Positions 35,341 to 47,605 of a stretch of 64,000 nt of DNA are shown here, piece after piece. How positions within the stretch are numbered: the stretch's first letter is position 1; each line of letters begins with the position of its first letter. The stretch is taken from positions 252,466,001 to 252,530,000 of the forward strand of contig NC_086097.1 in assembly GCF_963921235.1 (NCBI RefSeq), written 5' to 3'. Both the position numbers and the translations under genes were made by a program. The DNA comes from Mobula hypostoma (taxonomy: Eukaryota). The notes below the pieces were generated by a model. That model saw nothing but the letters and a program-made list of their open reading frames with translations, was not told where the DNA came from and ran no database searches.

Positions 35341-38300
35341 AAACATAGAAAATAGGTGCAGGAGTAGGCCATTCGGCCCTTCGAGCCTGCACCGCCATTT
35401 ATTATGATCATGGCTGATCATCCAACTCAGAACCCCGCCCCAGCCTTCCCTCCATACCCCCTGACCCCCGTAGCCACAAAGGCCATATCTAACTCCCTCT
35501 TAAATATAGCCAATGAACTGGCCTCAACAGTTTCCTGTGGCAGAGAATTCCACAGATTCACCACTCTCTGTGTGAAGAAGTTTTTCCTAATCTCGGTCCT
35601 AAAGGCTTCCCCCCTATCCTCAAACTGTGGCCCCTCGTTCTGGACTTCCCCAACATCGGGAACAATCTTCCTGCATCTAGCCTGTCCAATCCCTTTAGGA
35701 TCTTATACGTTTCAATCAGATCCCCCCTCAATCTTCTAAATTCCAACGAGTACAAGCCCAGTTCATCCAGTCTTTCTTCATATGAAAGTCCTGCCATCCC
35801 AGGAATCAATCTGGTGAACCTTCTTTGTACTCCCTCTATGGCAAAGATGTCTTTCCTCAGATTAGGGGACCAAAACTGCACACAATACTCCAGGTGTGGT
35901 CTCACCAAGGTCTTGTACAACTGCAGTAGTACCTCCCTGCTCCTGTACTCGAATCCTCTCGCTATAAATGCCAGCATACCATTCGCCTTTTTCACCACCT
36001 GCTGTACCTGCATGCCCACTTTCAATGACTGGTGTATAATGACACCCAGATCTCGTTGCACCTCCCCTTTTCTTAATCGGCCACCATTCAGATAATAATC
36101 TGTTTTCCTATTTTTGCCACCAAAGTGGATAACTTCACATTTATCCACATTAAATTGCATCTGCCATGAATTTGCCCACTCACCCAACCTATCCAAGTCA
36201 CCCTGCATCCTCTTAGCATCCTCCTCACTGCTAACACTGCCACCCAGCTTCGTGTCATCCGCAAACTTGGAGATGCTGCATTTAATTCCCTCATCTAAGT
36301 CATTAATATATATTGTAAACAACTGGGGTCCCAGCACTGAGCCTTGCGGTACCCCACTAGTCACCGCCTGCCATTCTGAAAAGGTCCCGTTTATTCCCAC
36401 TCTTTGCTTCCTGTCTGCTAACCAATTCTCCACCCACACCAATACCTTACTCCCAATACCGTGTGCTTTAAGTTTGCACACTAATCTTCTGTGTGGGACC
36501 TTGTCAAAAGCCTTTTGAAAATCCAAATATACCACATCCACTGGTTCTCCCCTATCCACTCTACTAGTTACATCCTCAAAAAATTCTATGAGATTCGTCA
36601 GCCATGATTTTCCTTTCACAAATCCATTCTGACTTTGTCCGATCATTTCACTGCTTTCCAAATGTGCTGTTATCACATCCTTGATAACTGACTCCAGCAG
36701 TTTCCCCACCACCAACGTTAGGCTAACCGGTCTATAATTCCCCGGTTTCTCTCTCCCTCCTTTTTTAAAAAGTGGGGTTACATTAGCCACCCTCCAATCC
36801 TCAGGAACTAGTCCAGAATCTAACGAGTTTTGAAAAATTATCACTAATGCATCCACTATTTCTTGGGCTACTTCCTTAAGCACTCTAGGATGCAGACCAT
36901 CTGGCCCTAGGGATTTATCTGCCTTCAATCCCTTCAATTTACCTAACACCACTTCCCTACTAACATGTATTTCCCTGAGTTCCTCCATCTCACTAGACCC
37001 TCTGTCCCCTACTATTTTCGGAAGATTATTTATGTCCTCCTTAGTGAAGACAGAACCAAAGTAATTATTCAATTGGTCTGCCATGTCCTTGCTCCCCATA
37101 ATCAATTCACCTGTTTCTGTCTGCAGGGGACCTACATTTGTCTTTATCAGTCTTTTCCTTTTTACATATCTATAAAAGCTTTTACAGTCCGTTTTTATGT
37201 TCCCTGCCAGTTTTCTCTCATAATCTTTTTTCCCCTTCCTAATTAAGCCCTTTGTCCTCCTCTGCTGAACTCTGAATTTCTCCCAGTCCTCAGGTGAGCC
37301 ACTTTCTCTGGCTAATTTGTATGCTTCTTCTTTGGAATTGATACTATCCCTAATTTCTCTTGTCAGCCACGGGTGCACTACCTTCCTTGATTTATTCTTT
37401 TGCCAAACTGGGATGAACAATTGTTGTAGTTCATCCATGCAACCTTTAAATGCTTGCCATTGCATATCCACCGTCAATCCTTTAAGTGTCATTTGCCAGT
37501 CTATCTTAGCTAATTCACGTCTCATACCTTCAAAGTTACCCCTCTTTAAGTTCAGAACCTTTGTTTCTGAAGTAACTATGTCACTCTCCATCTTAATGAA
37601 GAATTCCACCATATTATGGTCACTCTTACCCAAGGGGCCTCTCACGACAAGATCGCTAATTAACCCTTCCTCATTGCTCAAAACCCAGTCCAGAATAGCC
37701 TGCTCTCTAGTTGGTTCCTCGACATGTTGGTTCAAAAAACCATCCCGCATACATTCCAAGAAATCCTCTTCCTCAGCACCTTTACCAATTTGGTTCACCC
37801 AATCTACATGTAGATTGAAGTCACCCATTATAACTGCTGTTCCTTTATTGCACACATTTCTAATTTCCTGTTTAATACCATCTCCCACCTCACTACTACT
37901 GTTAGGTGGCCTGTACACAACTCCCACCAGCGTCTTCTGCCCCTTAGTGTTACGCAGCTCTACCCATATCGATTCCACATCCTCCCGGCTTATGTCCTTC
38001 CTTTCTATTGCGTTAATCTCTTCTTTAACCAGCAACGCCACCCCACCTCCCCTTCCTTCATGTCTATCCCTCCTGAATATTGAATATCCCTGAACGTTGA
38101 GCTCCCATCCCTGGTCACCCTGGAGCCATGTCTCTGTGATCCCAACTATATCATAATCATTAATAACAATCTGCACTTTCAATTCATCCACCTTATTACG
38201 AATGCTCCTTGCATTGACACATAAAGCCTTCAGGCGCTCTTTTACAACTCTCTTAGCCCTTATACAATTATGTTGAAAAGTGGCCCTTTTTAATGCTTGC

Positions 38301-38406
38301 CCTGGATTTGTTGGCCTGTCACTTTTACTTTTCTCCTTTGTACTTTTTGCTTCTACCCTCACTTTACACCCCTCTGTCTCTCTGCACTGGTTCCCATCCC
38401 TCTGTT
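35341..38406 (-). mobile_element. Young CR1 (family A, copy 4) with near-complete ORF2 (934-aa ORF, APE + RT), lacking ORF1
   Basis: NARS, ETW, YRPP, GDFN, SDH and FADD motifs are intact. A single 1-nt deletion near 35602 frameshifts the C-terminus. TSD AATATAG. Confidence 0.98.
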
Positions 38407-39219
38407 ATTATTAATATTATTATTAATATAGTATTAATGGTAAGACTCTTGGCAGTGTGAAGGATCAGAGGGATCTTGGGGTCCGAGTCCATAACACACA
38501 TAAAGCTGCTATGCAGGTTGACTCTGTGGTTAAGAAGGCATACGGTGCATTGGCCTTCATCAATCGTGGGATTGAGTTTAAGAGCCGAGAGGTAATGTTG
38601 CAGCTCTATAGGACCTGGTCAGACCCCACTTGGAGTACTGTGCTCAGTTCTGGTCACCTCACTACAGGAAGGATGTGGAAGCCATAGAAAGGGTGCAGAG
38701 GAGATCTACAAGGATGTTGCCTGGATTGGGAAGCATGCCTTATGAGTGAACTTGGCCTTTTCTCCTTGGAGCGACGGAGGATGAGAGGTGATCTGATACA
38801 GGGTATAAGATGATCAGAGCATTGATCGTGTGGATAGTCAGAGGCTTTTTCCTGGGGCTGAAATTGTTGCCACAAGAGGACACAGGTTTAAGGTGCTGGG
38901 GAGTAGGTACAGAGGAGATGTCAGGGGTAAGTTTTTTTACTCAGACAGTGGTGAGTGCGTGGAATGGGTTGCCTGTAACTGTGGTGGAGGCGGATACAAT
39001 AGGGTCTTTTAAGAGACTTCTGGATAGGTACATGGAGTTTAGAAAAATATAGGGCTATATGTAAGCCTAGTAATTTCTAAGGTAGGGACATGTTCAGCAC
39101 AACTTCGTGGGCCGAAGGGCCTGTATTGTGCTGTAAGTTTTCTATGTTTCTGTGATTAAAGACATATAGCTGAACAGAAAAAAATAAATTATAACAGCAG
39201 TTACTTGCCAAAATTCAAC

Positions 39220-39225
39220 TTTATT
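39220..39225 (-). promoter_or_regulatory. Candidate polyadenylation signal for cfap418 (an alternative AATAAA lies at 40107-40112)
   Basis: AATAAA on the minus strand followed by a U-rich tract, at the end of the unique sequence downstream of the stop codon. Confidence 0.35.
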
Positions 39226-39819
39226 TACATACTTGACCAAATACATAGCAGGGAACATAACGAAAAATGAAAAACTATCAAACAAGTTATATAAACTAGA
39301 ACATAAAATGGAACTCCCGCACTTCTTTATCCAGTGTTTAAGAATTTTGATGCCAGAGGTTCTAATCCAGAATATTTAATAAACTCAATAAATCTCTTCC
39401 TGACTGAAGAATGGTGATTTTAAAAACATTTTCTCTTTCCCTGTGGAACACTGTTTTAAACTTAAGCTTGCCAATTTGAGTAATTCCCCAAAATCATAAA
39501 TGTACTCTTGGGGTTGACTACAGCTTTTTACCATTACAATGGCTGTATAATATTCAGCAAATCCAATCCATCGGAGGAAATCCATCTCCAATGTTCCAAA
39601 CAAATTGCTCGTTCCTTATTGCATTATAGAACAGACAGTGAGTCACTGGATTAAACTGTCGCAGTCCTTGTGGTGAAGACAACTTCCACCATGATCAACC
39701 ATGAAAAATTACATAAACATCCCATAATCTTCAATCATTAAAGGCAACGTTAGTAGATCTTGTAGTAAAGGGATTAAATGCAGAATGACATGAATTCAAT
39801 TGAAAATTTTATTTAAAGA

Positions 39820-40078
39820 CTCGGCGTGGAATGGGCCCTTCGAGCCCTACCTCCAACAAACCATTGATTTAACCCCGGCAATTTACAATGACCAATTAAC
39901 CTACTAAGTGCTATGACTTTGGACTGTGGGAGGAAACCGGAGAACCGGGAGAGGAAACCCACACGCACACGTGAAGGAACATACAGACTTGTATGCAGAG
40001 GACGCTAGAATTGAACTGCAAACTCTGATGCCCTGAGCTGTAAAATGGTGTTGTGCTAATTGCTATGCTACTGTGGCA
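39820..40078 (-). mobile_element. V-SINE
   Basis: TGTGGGAGGAAACCGGAG core. Confidence 0.7.
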
Positions 40079-40329
40079 TTTTCAATTACGTCTCCATGAT
40101 GTCAGTTTTATTTCACTTTCTGGCACGAAACAGGGTCAATTCTAGTTTTGCATGACAAGATATATCACAATGGTTTGACTGTAAAATTGATATTGAGCAG
40201 TTTAGCTTGACTCCATCTAGCCAAAGAGCCACTCCCGAACATCAAACATTGGGAAAAACTGAATTCTGCTAAAACTGCTGTAGCTTGTCTTGTGTTTAGT
40301 AAAAATTCTGTATATGTGGTATTACCTCC

Positions 40330-40550
40330 AAGCCCAGCTGTGAAAAGAGGGGTGTTGGGGTGTTGGACAAAGAGGCTAGCAACCCCACCCTGTAAAAACC
40401 CAGAGCCACAGAAACGCCAACAGAAGCTCCAAAGACCTCTTCCCTGGGAGAGGAAGGCTCTTCGATGAACTACACCTGCAGACAACGTGAAGGAATGGCC
40501 CAGGGCAGGGAACTCTGGTGAGTTGCTGTCTGCTGCTTATGCCCCAGTAT
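40330..40550 (+). mobile_element. RTE-derived short element
   Basis: Homologous to 16320-16470. The 3' end GCCCAGGGCAGGGAACTCTGG...TTATGCCCCAG resembles RTE ORF termini. Confidence 0.6.
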
Positions 40551-40627
40551 TACTTCAGGTAATGCATTGGAACAGTCTCCACAATATCAGTCTGCTGGAG
40601 AATGGGCAAGACCAACGCAGATGAGCC

Positions 40628-40781
40628 TTAATGTTTGCCACAGACCCATCGAAGTTGTTGCTCTTCCTTGAGGTCAGTCAGGTTCTGGATGGATCTCCAG
40701 CTACACTGGCAGGCATAAGCTCGCACACCTCTCTTACGTAACGCCTTTGTTTTCAGTTTATTTATGTCAGGTATGTTGTTT
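40628..40781 (-). CDS. cfap418: CFAP418 (C8orf37) last coding exon
   Basis: [51 protein letters not shown] matches the conserved C8orf37 C-terminus ([17 protein letters not shown]). Acceptor ccaacAG at 40783-40782. Phase fits the upstream exon. Confidence 0.96.
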
Positions 40782-41809
40782 CTGTTGGCGAAAGTTAACA
40801 ATGGGTGAATTCGACCCATCTATTCATCATCAGTTTATTATTACGTCAACTTTATCCATAGTTTTTTAAAATCACTAGAGCTAGTGATTAAATTCTGGAA
40901 GTTATTGATTCAGCCAGCACTCACATTTGAGTTTTGTTGGAATTTCCTAGTATAATTTACATAGCTGCTACCTTTGGGAAGGAGGTACAGGAGTCATTGG
41001 TGCCACAACACCATTAGGCTCCTAAACCAGCGTGGATAACTTCACTCACCTCAGCACTGAACTGATTCCACAACTTAAAGACTCACTTTCAAGAAGACTA
41101 CAATTCATGTTCTCAGTATTATTTATTTACTTACTGTTTTTATATTATTGTTTGCACGGTTTGTCTTCTTTTGCACATTGGTTGGTTGTCAATCTTCGTT
41201 TATGTATAGTTTTTCATAAATTCTATTGTATTTCTTATTTATTTTCCCACCTACAGCATGATACAGGACCTTCGGCCCACAAAGCTGTGCCGAACATGTT
41301 CTTACTTTAGAAATTACTTCGGGTTATCCATAGCCCTCTATTTTTCTAATAATATATTCTTATTTTTATATATAATATATTATTTTTATTTTTTATATAC
41401 ACACATATATAAAAATTTTAATAAAAATTACTTTCAGATATTGAAGTGAATGTGTTTAAAAATTTCTTAAGTATTTTATGAGAATGTTACTAGTAAATTA
41501 CTGCACCTTCTCTAATGCCTCCTTATTATAGGAAGGATATGGAAGCTTTAGAGAGGGTGCAGAGAAGATTTACTCGATTAGAGAGCATATCTTATGTGGA
41601 GATGTTGTGTGAGCTATGGCTTTTCTTTTTGAAGTGTAGAAGGGTGAGAGGTGACAAGATGATAAGAGGCATCGATTGAGAGGACAGCAAAAGACTTCTT
41701 CCCAAGGCAGAAATGGCCAATTTTAAGGTGATTGGAGGAAAGCATAGGGGGACTGTCAGAGGTAAGATTTTTTTATGCAGAGAATGGTAGGTGTATGGAA
41801 CACGCTAAC

Positions 41810-42128
41810 CTGCGTGGGCATATGGCCAAGTGGTTAAGGCATTCGACTAGCGACCTGAAGGTCATGAGTTTGAGCCCCAGCCGAGGGAACGTGTTGTGTC
41901 CTTGAGCAAGGCACTTAATCACACAATGCTCTGCGACGACACTGGTGCCAGGCTGTATGGGTCCTAATGCCCTTCCCTTGGACAACATTGGTGTCGTGGA
42001 GAGGGGAGACTTGCAGCATGGGCAACTGCTGGTCTTCCATACAACCTTGCCCAGGCCTGCACCCTGGAGAGTGAAGACTTTCCAGGCGCAGATCCATGGT
42101 CTCGCAAGACTAACAGATGCTTTTTTTT
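41810..42128 (+). mobile_element. tRNA-derived SINE, apparently full length
   Basis: A box TGGCCAAGTGG, B-box-like GAGTTTGAGCCC, central GTGTCCTTGAGCAAGGCACTTAA, T tract at the end. Inserted in an old CR1 3' fragment. Confidence 0.85.
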
Positions 42129-42597
42129 AAACCAGGATGGATGGAAAGGCAGACTCAGGGCTATCTAAGAGACTGGTGATCCTCCTCTGGACCCTCTCCA
42201 ATGACAGCACGTCCTTTCTTAGATAAGAGGCCCCAAACTGCTCACAATACTCGAGCGTGGTCTAGCAAATGCCTTACAAAGCCTCAACAGCACACGTTTG
42301 CTTTTGTACTCTAGTCCTCTCAAAATAAATGCTAGTATTGCATTAGCTTTCCTTACCACTGACTCAAGCTGCAAACGAACCTTTAGGAAATCCTGCATGA
42401 GGACTCCCAAGCACCTCCGCACCTCTGATTTTTTAAAATTTTCTTCCCACTGAGAAATTAGTCCATGCCATTATTCATTCTGCCAAAGTGCATGATCATG
42501 CACTTCCTTATATGATATACTGACTGTCACTTCTTTGCCCATTCCCCGTCTATGTCCTTCTGCAGGGATAAGGATGAAGCTAGCCAATAAGTGGATA

Positions 42598-43955
42598 CAT
42601 AGAAACATAGAAAACCTACAGCACAATACAGGCCCTTCGGACCACAAAGCTGTGCCAAACATGTCCCTACCTTAGAATTTCCTAGGCTTTACCCATAGCC
42701 CTCTCTTTTTCTAAGCTCCACGTAGCCACCCAGGAGTCTCTTTAAAGACCCTATCGTTTCTGCCTCCATCACTGCCACAGGCAGCCCATTCCATGCACTC
42801 ACCACTCACTGCGTTAAAAACTTACCCCTGACATCTCCACTGTACCTACTTCCAAGCACCTTAAAAATATGCCCTCTCCTGCTAGCCATTTTAACCCTGG
42901 GGAAAAGCCTCTGACTATCCACACAATCAATGCCTCTCATTATCTTGTACACCTCTATCAGGTCACCTCTCATCTTCCGTTGCTCCAAGGAGAAAGGTCC
43001 GAGTTCACTCAACCTATTCTCATAAGACATGCTCCCCAATCCAGGCAACATCCTTGTAAATCTCCTCTGCACCCTTTCTATGGTTTCCAAGTCCTTCCTG
43101 TAGTGAGGCGACCAGAACTGAGCACAGTACTCCAAGTGGGGTCTGACCAGGGTCCTATATTGCTGCAACATTACATCTCGGCTCTTAAACTCAGTTCCAC
43201 AATTGATGAAGGCCAATGCACCCTATGCCTTCTTAACCACAGAGTCGACCTGCGTAGCAGCTTTGAGTGTCCTATGGACTCAGACCCCAAGATCCCTCTG
43301 ATCCTCCACGCTGCCAAGAGTCTTACCATTAATGCTATATTTTGCCATCATATTTGGCCTACCAAAATGAACCACTTCACACTTATCTGGGTTGAACTCC
43401 ATCTGCCACTTCTCAGCCCAGTTTTGCATCCTGTCAGTGTCCCGCAGTAACCTCTGACAGCCCTCCACACTATCCACAGCACCACCAACCTTTGTGTCAT
43501 CAGCAAATTTACTAACCCATCCCTCCACTTTCTCATCCAGGTCATTTATAAAAATCACAAAGAGTAAGGGTCCCAGAACAGATCCCTGAGGCACACCACT
43601 GGTCACCAGCCTCCATGGAGAATATGACCTGCCAACAACCACTCTTTGCCTTCTGTGGGCAAGCCAGTTCTGGATCCACAAAGCAAGGTCCCTTTGGATC
43701 CCATGCCTCCTTACTTTCTCAATAAGCCTTGCATGGGGTACTCTATCAAATGCCTTGCTGAAATCCATATACACTACATCTACTGCTCTAACTCAATCAA
43801 TGTGTTTAGTCACATCCTCAAAAAAATCATCCAGGCTCGTAAGGCACAACCTGCCTTTGACAAAGCCATGCTGACTATTCCTAATCATATTATGCCTCTC
43901 CAAATGTTCATAAGTCCGGCCTCTCAGGATCTTCTCCATCAACTTACCAACCACT
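42598..43955 (-). mobile_element. 5'-truncated CR1 (family B)
   Basis: ORFs 43280-43774 (KFADDT) and 42806-43216, plus tail. Confidence 0.95.
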
Positions 43956-46490
43956 AGGTTTTTTCTGATATAAAAAGAGTAAAAGAGAGGACCACTGGAA
44001 AAGGATGCTGGACAGGTAGTAATGAGGGACATAGAAATGGTGAACAAACTTAAGTATTTTACATCAGTCTTCACTATGGAAGACACTAGCAGTATGCCAG
44101 AAATTCAAGAGTCGGGGGCAGAAGAGAGCATTGTTGCTTTTACTAAGGAAAAGCTTGGGAAGCTGATAAGCCTGAAGATAGATAAGCACCTATACCTGAT
44201 GGACTACAGCCCAGGGGTTTTTAAGAGGTAGCTGAAGAGATTGTGAAGGTGTCAGCAATGAGCTTTCAAGAATCACTAGATTCTGGAATGCTTCCTAAGC
44301 ACTGGAAAATTGCAAATGTCACTCTACTCTTTAAGAGAAAATGGCAGAAGAAAGGAAATTTTTGGCCAGTTAGCCTGACTTCAGTGGTTGGGAAGATGTT
44401 GGGGCCTATTATTAAGGATGAGACTTGGAGGCAATGAGAAAATTAAGGGTAGTCAGCATAGCTCTGTGCATGGTAAGTCGTGTCCAACCAATCCTACGGT
44501 GTTTTTAAGTAAGTTAACAGGAAAGTTCATGAAGGCAAGGCAGTGAATGTTGTCTACATGGACTTTAGCAAGGCATTTGACAAGGTCCTGCATGGGAGAT
44601 TGGCAAGATTGTTCACGCATTAGTCATTCAAGATAAGGTAGTAAATTGGATTAGACATTGGCTTTGTGGGAGAAGCCAGAGAGTGGTAGTAAAGGCATAA
44701 ATTACATGTATCAGTGTCACAATGGAATAAAGGGAATTACAGAGGCATGAGAGAAGAGGTTGCCCAGGTGGATTGGAGGGGGATATTGGCAGGGATGACA
44801 GCAGAGCAGAGATGGCTGAAGTTTCTAGGAATAGTTAAGAAGGCGCAGGGCAGGTCCCACAGAGGAGAAAGTTCTCAAATGGCAGGGGTAGGCAACCATG
44901 GCTGACAAAGGAAGTTAAGGACTACATAAAAGCCAAGGAAAGGGCATATAAAGTAGCAAAAGTGAGTGGGAAGTTGGATGATTGGGAAACTTTTAAAATC
45001 CAATAAAAGGCAACTAAAAAAACTATAAAAAAGGAGAAGATGAAATATGAGGACAGACTAGCCAATAATATAAAGCAGGATATCAAATGTTTTTTCAGTT
45101 ATATAAAGAGCAAAAGGGAGGTGAGAGTTGATATTGAACCTCTGGAAAATGATGCTGGTGAGGTAGTAACGGGGGACAAAGAAATAGCAGATGAACTTAA
45201 TGGGTACTTTGCATTTGTCTTCACTGTGGAAGACACTAGCAGTGTGCCAGAGGTCTGTGAGTGTCAGGGAGCAGGTGAGAGTGCCATTGCTATTACAAAG
45301 GAAAAAGCGCTAACAAACTGAAAGGTCGTAAGGTGGATAAGTCACTTGGAACAGATGAACTACATCCCAGAGTCCTGAGAGAGGTTGCTGAAGAGATAAC
45401 AGATGCATTGGTCATGATCTTTCAAAAATCACTTGATCCTGGCATGCTCCTGGATGACTGGAAAATTGCAAATGTCACTCCACTGTTTAAGAAGGGAGGA
45501 AGGCAAAAGAAAGAAAATTATAGGCCAGTTAGTCTGACCTCAGTGGTTGGGAATATGTTGGAGTCTATTATTAAGGATAAAGTTTTGAGGTACTTGGAGA
45601 CTAATGATAAAATAAGTCAGTCAGCGTGGTTTCTGTAAAGGTAAATCCTGCCTGGCAAATCAGTTAAGAGTTTTTATGGGAATTAACAAGCAGGGTCGAC
45701 AAAGGAGAGGTAGTGGATGTCATTTACTTGGATTTTCAGAAGGTGTTTGATAAGGTTCCACACAAGATAAAATCCTATGACATTACAGGAAAGATACTGG
45801 CATGGATAACAGAATGGCTGACAGGCGGGAGGCAGTGAGTGGGAATATAAGGTACCTTTTCTGGTTGGCTGCTGGTGACTAGTGGTGTTCCTCAGGGGTC
45901 AGTATTGGGACCACTGCTTTTCACATAGTTTGTCAATGATTCGGATAATGGAATTGATGGCTTTGTGGCAATGCTTGTGGACGATGCAAAGATAGGTGGA
46001 GGGGTAGGTAGTGCTGAGGAAGCAATGTGATTGCAGGACTTAGACAAATTGGAAGAATGGGCAAAAAAGTGGCAGATGAAATACAGTGTTGGGAAATGTA
46101 TGATAATGCATTTTAGTAAAAGGAACAATAGTGTGGACTATTATCTAAATGGAGAGAAGGTTCAAACATCAGAAGTAAAGAGGGACTTAGGAGTCCTTAT
46201 GGAAGACTCCCAGATGTTAATTTACAGGTTGAGTCTGTGGTAAAGAAGGCAAATGCAGTGTTGGCATTTATTTCACGGGGAATAGACTATAACTGCAAGT
46301 AGATAATGCTGAGCCTTTATAAGACACTAGTCAGGCCGCACTTGAAGTATTGTCAACAGTTTTGGGCCCCATATCTCAGAAAGGATGTGTTGTCTTTGGA
46401 GAGAGCCCAGAGGTTGTTCACAATCATGATTCTGGGAATGAAGGGGTTAACATATGAGGACCATTTGTCAGCTTTGGGCAGGTACTCCAT
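43956..46490 (+). mobile_element. Mosaic of older CR1 ORF2 fragments
   Basis: WKIANVTPLFKKGG, RPVSLTSVVG and RPHLKYC peptides with many stops. Confidence 0.88.
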
Positions 46491-46589
46491 CCACCATCCA
46501 CCCTATCTAGGCCTTTCAACATTCCGTAGGTTTCAATGAGATTCCCACTCCCACCCCCACCCCCCACATTCTTCTAAATTCCAGAGTTT

Positions 46590-47004
46590 GAGTTGAGTGA
46601 ACTCGGCCTTTTCTCCTTGGAGCGACGGAGGATGAGAGGTGACCTGATAGAGACGTATAAGCTGATGAGAGGCATTGATCGTGTGGATAGTCAGAGGCTT
46701 TTTCCCTGGGCTGAAATGGTTGCCACAAGAGAACACGGGTTTAAGGTGCTGGGGTGTAGGTACAGAGGAGATGTCAGGGGTACGTTTTTTTACTCAGAGA
46801 GTGGTGAGTGCGTGGAATGGGCTGCCGGCAACAGTGGTGAAGATGGATACGATAGGGTCTTTTAAGAGACTTTTGGAATAAGTACACGGAGTTTAGAAAA
46901 ATAGAGGGCTATAGGTAAGCCTACTAATTTCTAAGGTAGGGACATATTTGCCACAACTTTGTGGGCCGAAGGCCTGTATTGTGCTGTAGGTTTTCTATGT
47001 TTCT
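46590..47004 (+). mobile_element. CR1 family-B 3' fragment
   Basis: ELGLFSLERRRMRGDLIE peptide and family-B 3' UTR/tail. Confidence 0.9.
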
Positions 47005-47605
47005 GTGTTAAGATGGGGTGACTGGCAGGAGGTAAAAGTGGAAATAAAGGGGGCCTTTTCTGGTTGGCTGTTGGTGACTAGTGATGTTTCACAGGGATCT
47101 GTGTTGGGGCCGCTTCTTTTCACATTGCAGTCACTTATTTGGAAGAAGGAATTGAAGGCTTTCTGGCCAGGTTTGACAGATACGTATACAGGTGGAGGGG
47201 GAGGTGGTATTGAGGAAACAGGTTGCCTCATCCTCCCTTAGAATACTTCTTCATCTTTGGGATGCATCTTTCCTGTGCCGGCTGTATTTCTGCCATAAAT
47301 GCCAGCCATTGTCGTTCTGTCGTTGTCCTTACTAGTGTCCCCTGCCAATCAACTTTGGCCAACTCCACTCTCATAGCTCTGTAATTCCCTTTACTCCACT
47401 ATAATACTAATACATTCGATTTTATCTTCTCCTTCTCAATCTGCACGGTGAATTCTATATTTTGATTACTGCCTCCTAAGGGTTCTTGTACCCTAAGCTT
47501 CCATATTAAATCTGGAGGCAGTGACTGAAGGGACTTATTTGAGCAGGATGGTGTTCCACATGGATCTGTGTTGGGAACTCTTGTTTGTGATGTATATAAA
47601 TGACT

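Larger units (their letters stand above)
31906..39152 (+). mobile_element. Long family-B CR1 (ORF1 end to tail) in three pieces: 31906-32874, 34017-35340, 38425-39152
   Basis: ORF1 esterase end (DHWDLFWGKCDLYKKDRLHLNP), APE, RT and tail are colinear once the nested inserts are removed. Duplicated TAAA and AATATAG at the junctions. Confidence 0.88.

Noticed and set aside
39385..39603. 72-aa minus-strand ORF in unique sequence
   Set aside because: Non-ATG start, no convincing splice sites or recognisable motif. It probably lies in the cfap418 3' UTR.
41810..41890. tRNA gene (also 13117-13190)
   Set aside because: A/B boxes are present, but I could not build a complete cloverleaf and the sequence continues into SINE body and tail.
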